Source: Myxococcota bacterium | GTDB lineage: Bacteria > Myxococcota_A > UBA9160 > SZUA-336 | DNA length: 64,000 nucleotides | Direction of reading: 5' to 3' | Assembly: GCA_965247115.1 (NCBI GenBank) | Contig: CBDFGR010000002.1 | Location: forward strand, 416,001 to 480,000 | In this document: piece by piece, positions 28,820 through 38,458 of the stretch | Layout: every line of letters begins with the position of its first letter | How positions within the stretch are numbered: the stretch's first letter is position 1 | Translations under genes and position numbers: made by a program | The notes under the pieces: generated by a model | Database searches by the model: none | What the model was told of the DNA's origin: nothing | What the model saw: only the letters and a program-made list of their open reading frames with translations

Positions 28820-29599
28820 ATGACCGACCCGACGGGCCAGATCCCGGCCCACGTCGACGTGATCAGCGTGCGCCTGACATTCGGGGATCGGAAGGTCTTC
28901 GACGGGCTCTCGTGCCGCTTTCCGCAAGGGCGTATCTCCGTGATCCTCGGCGCGAGCGGCATCGGAAAGAGCTGTCTGCTCAAGCTGATCGCGTGCCTCA
29001 TGCGGCCGCAATACGGCGACATCTGGATCGGCGACGACGAGATCACGTGTATGCACGAACGCGAGGCCCGGCGTATGCGTCACAAGCTCGGCATGATGTT
29101 CCAGGGCGGCGCACTGCTCGACTCGATGACAGTATTCGACAACGTCGCCTTGCAGCTTCGCGAGCACAGGGTCTGCGCGGAGTCCGAGATCTCCGACCGT
29201 ATCGCACACCAGTTCGATGCCGTCGGGCTCAAGAACGTGAACCAGCTGCTTCCGGGCGAGCTCTCGGGCGGGATGAAGAAGCGCGTAGCCCTGGCGCGCG
29301 CCATGATCACGGAGCCGGAAATTCTACTGGTCGACGAGCCCTTCTCTGGCCTCGACCCACCCACGGTCCGGCTGATTGAGCGGCTGCTCGCAGAGGTCAA
29401 CGAGCGCACGGGCATCACGATGATCATGACCAACCACCACATCGGCTCGACCTTTCGCATTGCCGACGAGATCGCCTTTCTGGCGGACGGGGCCTCGATT
29501 TGCGGCACCCCGGACCAGCTCCAGAAGAGCATCGACCCGAGGATCCGGAACTTCCTCGATGCTGCGGCATCGCCCGAGCCACAGATGGAGTCAGATTGA
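28820..29599 (+). CDS. mlaF: Mla ABC transporter ATPase
   Basis: GASGIGKS, FQGGALLDS, LSGGMKKRVALARA; operon context. Confidence 0.9.
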   Translation: MTDPTGQIPAHVDVISVRLTFGDRKVFDGLSCRFPQGRISVILGASGIGKSCLLKLIACLMRPQYGDIWIGDDEITCMHEREARRMRHKLGMMFQGGALLDSMTVFDNVALQLREHRVCAESEISDRIAHQFDAVGLKNVNQLLPGELSGGMKKRVALARAMITEPEILLVDEPFSGLDPPTVRLIERLLAEVNERTGITMIMTNHHIGSTFRIADEIAFLADGASICGTPDQLQKSIDPRIRNFLDAAASPEPQMESD

Positions 29600-30369
29600 A
29601 CGGGATTCAGCACCTTGGCCTGCGCTGCCTGATCGTCGTGCAGGTTTTTGGACAGATGGGCGTCTTCGCCGCACGCCTGATCTCGTCGGCGCTGACGCCT
29701 CCTTTCCGCGTGCGGCGCCTGGTCGACGAGATCTTCAACGCGGGGGTGCTCTCGCTTCCCATCGTCTGCACCTGCGGCGCTGCAGTTGGGCTGGCGCTCG
29801 GCCTGCAGGGCTACAACACGCTCACACGCTTCGGCGCCGAGGAGTCCCTGGGGGCCCTGGTCGGGCTCAGCCTGGTCCGCGAGCTCGGGCCCGTGCTGAC
29901 GGCCCTGCTGGTGACCGGGCGCGCAGGCTCGGCCATCGCATCGGAGATCGGGTCCATGGTCGCAACCGAGCAGCTCGACGGTCTGAGGATGATGTCGGTC
30001 GATCCCGTGGACTTCGTCGCCACGCCAAAGGCCGCCGCGATGGTCTTCGTCCTGCCGCTGCTCTCCGCCCTCTTCATCGTCTTCGGACTCTTCGGAGGCT
30101 GGCTGATCGGCGTCCAGGTGCTGGGCATCGACCACGGGGCCTTTGTCGGGGGTCTCGAGTCGGCGATCGACTTCTCCGATGATATATTGGGAAGCCTGGT
30201 CAAGGCGCTTGTGTTCGGGATACTCATCGGCCTGGTCTCGACCTTCAGAGGCTATACATCAGCTCCGAACGTCGAGGGGGTGAGCCGCGCGACCACCGGT
30301 GCCGTCGTTCAGGCTTCCGTTGGCACCTTGATCTTCGACTACTTCATCACCGCACTCTGGGGGGTGTAG
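29596..30369 (+). CDS. mlaE: Mla ABC transporter permease
   Basis: RELGPVLTALLVTGRAGS, EIGSMVATEQLD. Confidence 0.92.
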   Translation: MNGIQHLGLRCLIVVQVFGQMGVFAARLISSALTPPFRVRRLVDEIFNAGVLSLPIVCTCGAAVGLALGLQGYNTLTRFGAEESLGALVGLSLVRELGPVLTALLVTGRAGSAIASEIGSMVATEQLDGLRMMSVDPVDFVATPKAAAMVFVLPLLSALFIVFGLFGGWLIGVQVLGIDHGAFVGGLESAIDFSDDILGSLVKALVFGILIGLVSTFRGYTSAPNVEGVSRATTGAVVQASVGTLIFDYFITALWGV

Positions 30370-30370
30370 A

Positions 30371-30832
30371 TTGGCCAGCTCACCGATCCGTGATCTCTTG
30401 GTCGGTGCCTTCGTGCTAGCGGGCGTAGCGGCCATTGCGTACCTGTCTGTGCAGCTTGGCGCGCGAGCGTACACGGGTGAAGGAGGACTGATCCTGACCG
30501 CCGCATTCGACGAGGTCGGCGGTCTGTCACCCCGTGCCCCCGTCGTGATCGGCGGCGTCACCGTGGGGCAAGTCCGGAAGATCAGCCTGGATCACGAGGA
30601 GTTCCGGGCGATCGTCACGATCGACATCGACGCGGAGCTCGAGATCCCGGACGACAGCGCGGCCTCGATCCTCACCCAAGGAGTGCTCGGCGACCAGTAC
30701 GTCGCCCTCGAGCCCGGAGGCTCGCCAGACCTGCTCGAGAATGGGCACGAGATCGCGTACACGCAGAGCGCAGTAGTGCTGGAACGGCTGATCGGGAAGG
30801 TCCTCCAGAGCTTCGGAGGCAGCGCGAATTGA
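30371..30832 (+). CDS. mlaD: MCE-domain protein
   Basis: FDEVGGL..RAPVVIGGVTVG, ILTQGVLGDQY. Confidence 0.92.
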   Translation: MASSPIRDLLVGAFVLAGVAAIAYLSVQLGARAYTGEGGLILTAAFDEVGGLSPRAPVVIGGVTVGQVRKISLDHEEFRAIVTIDIDAELEIPDDSAASILTQGVLGDQYVALEPGGSPDLLENGHEIAYTQSAVVLERLIGKVLQSFGGSAN

Positions 30833-31578
30833 CCAGACGATCCAGAACCTGCGCCGTTGCGACGACGGCACTCGCCGTACTGCTGCTCCACCTTCCGGCA
30901 CCGACGGCCCTGGCGGACGAAGGAGATCCCTGGGAGGGCTACAACCGGGGGATGTGGTGGTTCGACGACAAGGTCGACCGCTACGTGCTGGAGCCGATCG
31001 CGGTGGGCTGGAGGTTCGTCACCCCGAACGTCGTCCGGACCCGGCTTCGGAACGTCTTTCTGAACATAGGCTTCCCCCTACGCTTCGTGAATGACCTGCT
31101 CCAGGGCGACGTCAAACAGGCCGGGCGGGAGACGGGCCGATTTCTGTTGAACACGACCGTGGGAGTCGCCGGGATCTTCGATCCAGCCAGCGAGTACGGC
31201 CTGGAGATGCGCGCGGAAGATTTCGGGCAGACTCTCGGCGTCTGGGGCGTGCCTCCTGGCGCCTACGTGGTGCTCCCCTTCCTGGGTCCCTCCGGCGTCC
31301 GCGACGCGACCATGCTGCCGCTCGATTTCCTTGCGGGTGCCTGGCCTGCGCTGATATCGCCCGCGGCGAACACGGCCATCACTGTCACGAGCCGGGTCAA
31401 CGCGCGTGCTCTTGCCATCGAGGACATCCGGGAGGCGCGCGCCGCCTCGCTCGACTACTACGTGGCCGTGAGAGACTTCTACCGACAGAGGCGCGCCGCC
31501 CAGATCCAGAACGGGGAGCTTCCGGACGAACAGGTCAGCGACGACCTCTACGAACTCGACGAGGAAGACGATGACTAG
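30829..31578 (+). CDS. mlaA: MlaA/VacJ family protein
   Basis: DPWEGYNR, RFLLNTTVG, EDFGQTLG, LPFLGPS. Confidence 0.92.
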   Translation: MTRRSRTCAVATTALAVLLLHLPAPTALADEGDPWEGYNRGMWWFDDKVDRYVLEPIAVGWRFVTPNVVRTRLRNVFLNIGFPLRFVNDLLQGDVKQAGRETGRFLLNTTVGVAGIFDPASEYGLEMRAEDFGQTLGVWGVPPGAYVVLPFLGPSGVRDATMLPLDFLAGAWPALISPAANTAITVTSRVNARALAIEDIREARAASLDYYVAVRDFYRQRRAAQIQNGELPDEQVSDDLYELDEEDDD

Positions 31579-32203
31579 GCTGACGCTCTCTCTCCTGACT
31601 CCGCTGCTGCTCGCCGGCGCCGTTGCGGCCGCACCCGTCGAAAATCCCGACCAGGCCACGGCCACGGCCGCTGCCAGGAGCACCCTCTCCGATACGGTCG
31701 ACGAGGTGCTTGACGTGCTGCGCGACCCCGACGGCACAGACGCCAAGCTCGTGCGCCTCGAGGCGATCACGGACCGGCGCTTCGACTTCCCGCGCATGAC
31801 CAAGCTGGTGCTCGGCCGGAACCGCAAGAAGCTCTCCGAGGAGCAGCAGGTCGAGTTCCAGCACGAGTTCAAGCGGCACCTGACGATCACGTACGGCAAC
31901 CGCATCGAGGGCTTCGCAGAGGAGCAGATCGAGATCGGAGACGCCCGCCTGGAGCGGAACGGCGACGTGACGGTCAAGACGAAGATCGTCGGCGGCGCGG
32001 CCGATGGCTTGCTCGTCGACTACCGGATGCGCGAGAGCGAGGGCAGCTGGGGGATCATCGACGTCGTCATCGAGGGCGTGAGCCTGGTGCAGAACTTTCG
32101 CGCGCAGATCCAGGACATCGTGAGCTCGAAGGGCGCCGACCAGCTCATCGTCGAGCTCCGCGCAAAGAACCAGAGCAGCGCGAGCGGGGCCGGCTCCGAC
32201 TGA
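31571..32203 (+). CDS. mlaC: Periplasmic phospholipid shuttle MlaC
   Basis: Signal peptide, FDFPRM, VDYRM, DVVIEGVSLVQNFR. Confidence 0.9.
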   Translation: MTRLTLSLLTPLLLAGAVAAAPVENPDQATATAAARSTLSDTVDEVLDVLRDPDGTDAKLVRLEAITDRRFDFPRMTKLVLGRNRKKLSEEQQVEFQHEFKRHLTITYGNRIEGFAEEQIEIGDARLERNGDVTVKTKIVGGAADGLLVDYRMRESEGSWGIIDVVIEGVSLVQNFRAQIQDIVSSKGADQLIVELRAKNQSSASGAGSD

Positions 32204-32208
32204 GGGGC

Positions 32209-32272
32209 TTACGGCTCCTCCAGCGACCCGAGCCTACGGCTCCCGAGAAGCGACCGGAGCCTACGGCTCCTC
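32209..32272. repeat. Three imperfect copies of the xseB 3' end
   Basis: (C/T)TACGGCTCC at 32209, 32234 and 32261. Confidence 0.7.
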
Positions 32273-32464
32273 GAGCTCCTTGAACGCATCGGTCACCTGC
32301 GTCTCGACCTCCCGGAGCTTGCGATCGAGGTCCTTGATCAGCGTGGCCCCCAGCTTGACGTCTTTCGCCAGCTCGTCGATCGGCGTGCGCGAGTCGTCCA
32401 GGCGCTCCAGGATCCTCTCCAGCTGCTCGACCTTTTCCTCGTAACTCTGGCTGTCTTCAGCCAT
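32261..32464 (-). CDS. xseB: Exodeoxyribonuclease VII small subunit
   Basis: SYEEKVEQLERILERLD; 67 aa, coupled to xseA. Confidence 0.88.
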   Translation of the reverse strand: MAEDSQSYEEKVEQLERILERLDDSRTPIDELAKDVKLGATLIKDLDRKLREVETQVTDAFKELEEP

Positions 32465-33842
32465 TCTGTCCCTCCAGAAGTTTCTTGACGACGCTCTCGA
32501 CGTGTCCGTCGGAAAGCTGCGTGAGGGTGGACTGGCCGGTTACGAGATCATCCACCGAGCGCACGAGCTCGCCCTTAGCGTTGTAGACGAGCGAAAAGCC
32601 ACGAGCCAGGGCCGCCGCGGGATCCGCGGCGCGGAGAGCGCGCAGCTTCTGTGCCAGGATCTGACCCTCCCGCTCGAGCCTCTGCAGCACGAGCGGGGGT
32701 CGGAATCGGTGACCGAGCACGTCGCGCAGCTGGATGCGCTGCTGCGTCAGGCGTCCCTCCGCCCTGGCCCGAAGAGCGGAGCGGACACCGGCGAGCCGCG
32801 CGTACTGCTCGGAGAGTCGGTTCGCAAGGCTGGAGCTCAGCTGGTTGGCAGCCGCACGCAAGCTGGCCGTGCGGACCTCGAGCAGCTTTCGGGTCCCCTG
32901 GTGCAGACCTGTGCTCGCACGTTCCAGGAAGTGTCGCTGGTGATCGTGGCGCACGCGCCAGAACGAGCGAAGCTGCCTGAGCGCACCGCGCACGAGTGCT
33001 TCCACCCCACTGAAGCGGGCGACGAGCTCCTCCGCGACTCCGGTGGGCGTCTTGAAGGCGCGAGCAGCGACGGCATCGAGCACACTCTGGTCCGCCTCGT
33101 GCCCGATGCCGGTCCAGACGGCCACGGGCATGGCGGCGATCCGGCGCGCAATGGCCTCGTTGTCCAGCCAGGCCAGGTCCGTTCGCGTGCCCCCGCCGCG
33201 CACGATCACCACCAGGTCGACGTCGAGTCGGGCACAGCGGTCCAACGCGTCGAGGATCCGCGCCTCCGCCTCGACGCCCTGGACCGCCACGTCCGCCAGG
33301 GAGATCCGGAAGCCGAAGTCGCTCCCGGCGAGCGTCTCGACGAAGTCCCCACACGCGGCGCTGGCCGCGCTCGTGATGAGCGCGATGCGGTTCGGGAGCA
33401 GAGGGGGCTCCCGTCGGGCGTTCTGCTCCAGCAGACCCTCACGCGTGAGGGCCTCGAGAATGCGGCGGCGCTTGAGCTCGAGCTCGCCCAGCGCGACGGC
33501 GGGATCCATGTCGACGCCGGAGAGCGAGAGCCCGTAGCGCGCATGGAACTGAACACGGCACTGCAGGCCGACCACGCTCCCGTCAGCCAGCTCGAGCGCG
33601 AGTCCTGCGGCCTCGAACTTCGCGCGGATGCGGGAGAGCTCCAGAGGCCAGATCGTGCAGCGCAGCTGCGCCCGCACCCGGCCCTGCCGATCGCTCTCCA
33701 CGAGATCGCAGTAGAACGCGCCTCCGCGCTCGGTTCCGGAGCTGATCTCCGCCTTCACCCAGAACGTCGCAGACAGCGCAGGCTCCAGCAGCTCTGTCAG
33801 GCGTCGCGTCACTGCGGACAGGGAGAAGAACTTCGGCGGCAT
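32457..33842 (-). CDS. xseA: Exodeoxyribonuclease VII large subunit
   Basis: OB fold WVKAEIS, VQG, RGGG, TGIGHE, TPT, LARGFS. Confidence 0.92.
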   Translation of the reverse strand: MPPKFFSLSAVTRRLTELLEPALSATFWVKAEISSGTERGGAFYCDLVESDRQGRVRAQLRCTIWPLELSRIRAKFEAAGLALELADGSVVGLQCRVQFHARYGLSLSGVDMDPAVALGELELKRRRILEALTREGLLEQNARREPPLLPNRIALITSAASAACGDFVETLAGSDFGFRISLADVAVQGVEAEARILDALDRCARLDVDLVVIVRGGGTRTDLAWLDNEAIARRIAAMPVAVWTGIGHEADQSVLDAVAARAFKTPTGVAEELVARFSGVEALVRGALRQLRSFWRVRHDHQRHFLERASTGLHQGTRKLLEVRTASLRAAANQLSSSLANRLSEQYARLAGVRSALRARAEGRLTQQRIQLRDVLGHRFRPPLVLQRLEREGQILAQKLRALRAADPAAALARGFSLVYNAKGELVRSVDDLVTGQSTLTQLSDGHVESVVKKLLEGQNG

Positions 33843-33934
33843 GTCGCTCCAAGGTACCGGATCTCGCGCGCGAGCAGCAGCTACAATCCGCCCGTACCCG
33901 CGCGCCTCTGCCGTGGGAGTGGGGTGGCAGGCAG

Positions 33935-36328
33935 TTGATCTCGCTCGACGAAGAAGCGCGGACCCTGCAACTCACGATCGACGACCTCGTCGCGCCGGGA
34001 TCGCCGCGCGAGAGCGTGCGGAGCGGCGGGCGAGAGCAGCTCGAGGCGGAGGCACGCGCTCGCCATCTCGCGAAGCGGACGGGCGAGCGCATTCGCGAGC
34101 GCGTGGAGCTCTCGTCGGAGTTCGACTGGCGGGGCTACCGCGTGCAGCTTCACGGGCGTGCAGACGCGCTGTGCGAACGCGACGGCGAAGTGGTGGTGGA
34201 GCTGCAGCGCTTCGTTCCGGCGGAGTCAGCAACGCGGATCCAGGATGCGGTCGCGCACGTGGGACTGCTGTGCCTTCTCGTGCACCGCAGCGGCACCCCG
34301 GTGCTCAAGGGGCTCGTAGTCGATCTCTCGCTCGTGGACGAGGCGGCGCACTCGCTCGACGTCGTCTTCTCGGTCCCGTCGTACGAGCGCGTGCTCGACC
34401 TGCGACTCGAGGTACTGCACCGGACCTGCCTCGAGGAGCAGCGTCTGGCGCGAGCCAGGGCGGACCAGGCTGAACGGCTGGCCTTTCCGTTTCCCGAGAT
34501 CCGACCGGGACAGGACTCCATGCTGCGCGAGGTGGAGGGAGCTGCCCGCTCGGGACTGATCCTGCTCTGCTCGGCGCCGACCGGAATCGGCAAGACCGCA
34601 GCGGCTCTGCACCCCATGCTGAAGCGCGCGCTCTTCGAGGACCGAACGCTCTTCTTCTTGACCGCCCGTGTCTCCCAGCAGGAGCTGGCGCTCGAGACGC
34701 TGCGTCGCCAGCTGCCTCCGCGGGGGGCCGGGCTTGCCGTTCAGATCAGCGCGAAGGACCGCGTCTGCCCCATGGAGAGGCTGGGCTGTGCCGAGCGCGG
34801 CTGCCCGCTCATGCGCGGCTTTCGCGAGCGACTCGCGGCCTCTCGACTGCTCGAGAGCCTGGCAGAGCTCGGCGTCGTGGACAGTGCGGAGCTCACCGCG
34901 CGCGCGCTGGCCGCGGAGCTTTGCCCCTTTGAAGTATCCCTCGAGCTCTCCCTCGCGGCGACGGTCGTCGTTGCGGATTTCAACTACGTCTTCGACCCCA
35001 ACGTCTATCTCCGGCGCTTCTTCGACGCGGACCACCGGCAGCACCTGCTGATCGTGGACGAGGCGCACCAGCTTCCCGAGCGAGCCCGCGAATGCTTCTC
35101 TGCCGAGCTGGTACCCGACACCCTCTCGGCGCTGGCAGACGACTGCGACCTGATGTCGCCTCCCGCGTACGGCGAGGTGGCCACGTTGCTGCGGGACGTC
35201 CGCGACCACTGCGAGCAGCTGGCCCGCCGCCTCTCCGAGGAACGCGGGGTGCCCGCACCCTGGGTGGAGGAGCCGGACCGACGCTTCTGGGAGGAGATCG
35301 GGGTCCGCGTCGAAGGAGCCCTGCTCCGCTACGCCATCTGCAGGGCCCTCGAGCCCGAGCGTCCCGCCGTGTTCGCCCCGCGCCGCGATCCGGGGAGCCG
35401 TCTCTTGCAAGATCCCCTGCTCGCAACGCTGTACGCGATCGCCGACTACAGCCGCGCCAGCCAGCACGACCCGGAGTCCTTTGCCGCACTCTGGAGTGAG
35501 GGACACGCCAAGCTGCTCTGCCTCGATCCGGCCTCGCTCTTCGGCGCTCGCATTCGCGGCTTTCACGCCGTGGTGTGTATGAGCGCGACGCTTACACCCT
35601 TCGACTTCTTCGCCGGTCTGCTCGGCGTCGAGGGCCCGCGCGCGCTCGAGCTCGACATCGACTCACCCTTTCCGCCGGAGAACCGGCTCGTGCTCACGGT
35701 CCCCGAGGTGGACACGAGCTATCGTCGACGCTCCCTCGATGCGCAGCGCATCGGCGCGATCATCACCGGCTGTCTGCGCGCACGGCGCGGCAACTACCTC
35801 GCCTTCTTCGGGAGCTTCGCGTTCCGCGACGAGGTCCTGGCGACGATGGAGCCGGGGCCGTATCGGGTCCTGTTACAGACGCCGGCCATGTCGACGGACG
35901 GCTTTCTCGAGCAGCTGCGGCGCAACCGCTCGGAGACACTCCTGCTTTGCGGGGTCCTCGGCGGCGTCTTCGCCGAGGGCGTCGACTATCCCGGCGACAC
36001 GGCCATCGGCGTATTCATCGTTGGTCCCGGACTGCCGGCGGTGCGCGCCGAGCGGGAGCTGATCCGCGCCTACTACGAACAGCAACGCGGCTTCGGCTTC
36101 GAGTACGCGTACGTCTACCCTGGGCTGAACCGAGTCATCCAGGCCGGCGGCCGCGCGCATCGCACTCCCACGGATCGCGCCGCCATCGTGCTGCTCGGGC
36201 GTCGCTTCTCCGAGCCGCTCTACCGCGATCCCCTGCCCTCGTGGTGGCGGCAGGAGCTGGAGCCGGCCCAGGATCCAGCCGCCCGACTCCAGGAGTTCTG
36301 GAAGAGCCAGGATCCGCTGATACCTTAG
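33935..36328 (+). CDS. XPD/DinG-family Fe-S DNA helicase with N-terminal nuclease-like domain
   Basis: RPGQ, APTGIGKT, Fe-S cysteines with LCPFE, DEAH, MSATL, EGVD, QAGGR. Confidence 0.88.
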   Translation: MISLDEEARTLQLTIDDLVAPGSPRESVRSGGREQLEAEARARHLAKRTGERIRERVELSSEFDWRGYRVQLHGRADALCERDGEVVVELQRFVPAESATRIQDAVAHVGLLCLLVHRSGTPVLKGLVVDLSLVDEAAHSLDVVFSVPSYERVLDLRLEVLHRTCLEEQRLARARADQAERLAFPFPEIRPGQDSMLREVEGAARSGLILLCSAPTGIGKTAAALHPMLKRALFEDRTLFFLTARVSQQELALETLRRQLPPRGAGLAVQISAKDRVCPMERLGCAERGCPLMRGFRERLAASRLLESLAELGVVDSAELTARALAAELCPFEVSLELSLAATVVVADFNYVFDPNVYLRRFFDADHRQHLLIVDEAHQLPERARECFSAELVPDTLSALADDCDLMSPPAYGEVATLLRDVRDHCEQLARRLSEERGVPAPWVEEPDRRFWEEIGVRVEGALLRYAICRALEPERPAVFAPRRDPGSRLLQDPLLATLYAIADYSRASQHDPESFAALWSEGHAKLLCLDPASLFGARIRGFHAVVCMSATLTPFDFFAGLLGVEGPRALELDIDSPFPPENRLVLTVPEVDTSYRRRSLDAQRIGAIITGCLRARRGNYLAFFGSFAFRDEVLATMEPGPYRVLLQTPAMSTDGFLEQLRRNRSETLLLCGVLGGVFAEGVDYPGDTAIGVFIVGPGLPAVRAERELIRAYYEQQRGFGFEYAYVYPGLNRVIQAGGRAHRTPTDRAAIVLLGRRFSEPLYRDPLPSWWRQELEPAQDPAARLQEFWKSQDPLIP

Positions 36329-36335
36329 CCCGCCG

Positions 36336-37088
36336 ATGCTGATTCCGATTCCGGAGCTGATGGGCGCGCGCCGAATCCTGTGCGTGCAGCCTCATTACGA
36401 CGACAACGACATCGCCGCCGGCGGCACGATCGCCGCGCTGAGCTCGGCGGGAGCCGAGGTCTTCTACCTGACGGTGACCGACGACCTGGTTGGTGTGATC
36501 GATCCGCAGCTCTCCGACGAGACCGCAACCGCCGAGCTGCGCGCCGATCAGGCTCGCGCCGCGCGGGAGATCGGAGTCAGCGCCCACTACTGGCTCGGGC
36601 ATCCAGACGCGGGAAATTACGACTACTTCGAGCTGCGCAACGGCATCATCCGGCACATCCGCATGCTGCGCCCGGACTGGGTGATGACGACGGATCCCTG
36701 GCTCCCGAACGAGGCGCACCGCGACCATCTGGTGACCGGGCGAGCCGTCGCAGAGGCATGCCTGCTGTACCGACTCGTGCGCCTCGGCTGCGGAGACGCG
36801 GAACTCGACAGCACGTACTCGCCACACGTACTCGAGGGGGTGGCGTTCTACTTCACCGCTCAACCCAATACGGTGTTGGACATCGAAAAGACCAGAGAGC
36901 GCAAGCACAGAGCCATCGATGCCTACCGCACGCAGCTGGGCCCCGCTGCCCTGGAGCTGCTGCACCGCACGCTCGAGCTCAAGGAGCGCCGCTGGGCGGA
37001 ACGAGAGGGCTTCTGTCACGGCGAGACGCTCAAGGTGCTCCATCCCGCTCACCTCCACTGCAACCCAGACGCAGAGGACATGGACTGA
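36336..37088 (+). CDS. PIG-L family deacetylase
   Basis: PHYDD and HRDH motifs. Confidence 0.88.
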   Translation: MLIPIPELMGARRILCVQPHYDDNDIAAGGTIAALSSAGAEVFYLTVTDDLVGVIDPQLSDETATAELRADQARAAREIGVSAHYWLGHPDAGNYDYFELRNGIIRHIRMLRPDWVMTTDPWLPNEAHRDHLVTGRAVAEACLLYRLVRLGCGDAELDSTYSPHVLEGVAFYFTAQPNTVLDIEKTRERKHRAIDAYRTQLGPAALELLHRTLELKERRWAEREGFCHGETLKVLHPAHLHCNPDAEDMD

Positions 37089-37089
37089 G

Positions 37090-38265
37090 GTGGCGTACCG
37101 AAGCCCGCCGAACCGCGACGTCAGCGCCGCACAGCCAGGAGAGTTCCGAGCTCTCCAGCTCGGCCCCTTTCGCGTCTGGCCGCCGGTGGTGTTGGCACCG
37201 ATGGCCGGCGTGACGAACGCCCCGTTCCGCCGGCTCTGCGGCAGCTACGGCGCCGGACTGTACGTGAGCGAGATGATCACCGCACGAGCCCTCGTCGAGG
37301 GCCACGCGAAGACGCTCAAGCTCTCCGGCTTCAGCGCAGAAGAGAGCCCGCGCAGCCTTCAGCTCTACGGGGTGGACCCGCGCTATGTGGGCGAAGCGGT
37401 CGCCTGGCTGGTCGGTGAGGACCTCGTAGATCACATCGACCTCAACTTTGGTTGCCCCGTCCGCAAGGTGACGAGGCGTGGCGGCGGGGCCGCGCTCCCG
37501 CTCAAGACCCTGCTCTTGCGCGCCATCGTGCGCGAGGCGGTGCGCCGTGCCGGCCACGTGCCTGTGTCGATCAAGTTTCGCGTCGGCATCGATGAGCACT
37601 ATCAAACCTTCCTCGACACCGGCAGGATCGCGGAGGAGGAAGGCTGCGCCGCGATCGCGCTCCACGCCCGGACCGCCGCCGCGCTCTACGCGGGAGAGGC
37701 ACGCTGGGAGAGGATCGCAGAACTCAAGAGCGCCGTCCGCTCGATCCCCGTGCTGGGCAACGGAGACATCTGGGAGGCGCACGACGCCTTGCGGATGATG
37801 CGCACGACGGGTTGCGACGGAGTCGTCGTGGGTCGGGGTTGCCTTGGCAGACCCTGGCTCTTTCGAGAGCTCGCCGACGTCTTCGACGGCCGCGAGCCGA
37901 CCGCTCCGCCCGACCTCGGCAAGGTGGCAGCGATCATGCTGGAGCACGCTCGTCTGCTGGTCGACTGGTTCGACGAGAGCTACGCGATGCGCGGGTTTCG
38001 GAAACACGCGACCTGGTACACGAAGGGGTTCCGGGACAGCAAAGAGCTGCGGCGCCTGCTGACCGGCGTTTCGACCCTGGCAGAGCTCGAAGCGACCCTG
38101 GCGAACGTGCCGGCCAACGAGCCCTTCCCTACCAGCGCCCTGCGAGTCAGCCGTGGAAAGAAGAGCGGCACGCAACGGGTCGTGCTGCCCGAGGGATATC
38201 TCGACAACCTGGAGGACGCCTCCCCACCGGCCCTGGAGGCAGTGGAGGCCGTTTCGGGCGGTTGA
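37090..38265 (+). CDS. dusB: tRNA dihydrouridine synthase
   Basis: LAPMAGVT, DLNFGCP, HART, GNGDI, GRG. Confidence 0.93.
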   Translation: MAYRSPPNRDVSAAQPGEFRALQLGPFRVWPPVVLAPMAGVTNAPFRRLCGSYGAGLYVSEMITARALVEGHAKTLKLSGFSAEESPRSLQLYGVDPRYVGEAVAWLVGEDLVDHIDLNFGCPVRKVTRRGGGAALPLKTLLLRAIVREAVRRAGHVPVSIKFRVGIDEHYQTFLDTGRIAEEEGCAAIALHARTAAALYAGEARWERIAELKSAVRSIPVLGNGDIWEAHDALRMMRTTGCDGVVVGRGCLGRPWLFRELADVFDGREPTAPPDLGKVAAIMLEHARLLVDWFDESYAMRGFRKHATWYTKGFRDSKELRRLLTGVSTLAELEATLANVPANEPFPTSALRVSRGKKSGTQRVVLPEGYLDNLEDASPPALEAVEAVSGG

Positions 38266-38458
38266 GCCCCGGCAACGCCATCTAAAGTCCAGCGGCGCGT
38301 CGGCCGATTCCGGGGAGACGGATATGGGGGTGGCAGCTCCCCCTGTCGGCGGTCGGCAACTCCCCCGGAAACCCCCCAGGTTCCCTCAGGCGTTCGCGGC
38401 AGTCGAAGCAAGGGCCAGGCCCGAGCGGGGTGTACCTGCCAACCCAGTAAGGGCGGGG

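Noticed and set aside
24045..36328. Anti-phage defence island built from the two helicases and xseAB
   Set aside because: The genes are interspersed with housekeeping loci and lack recognisable defence partners
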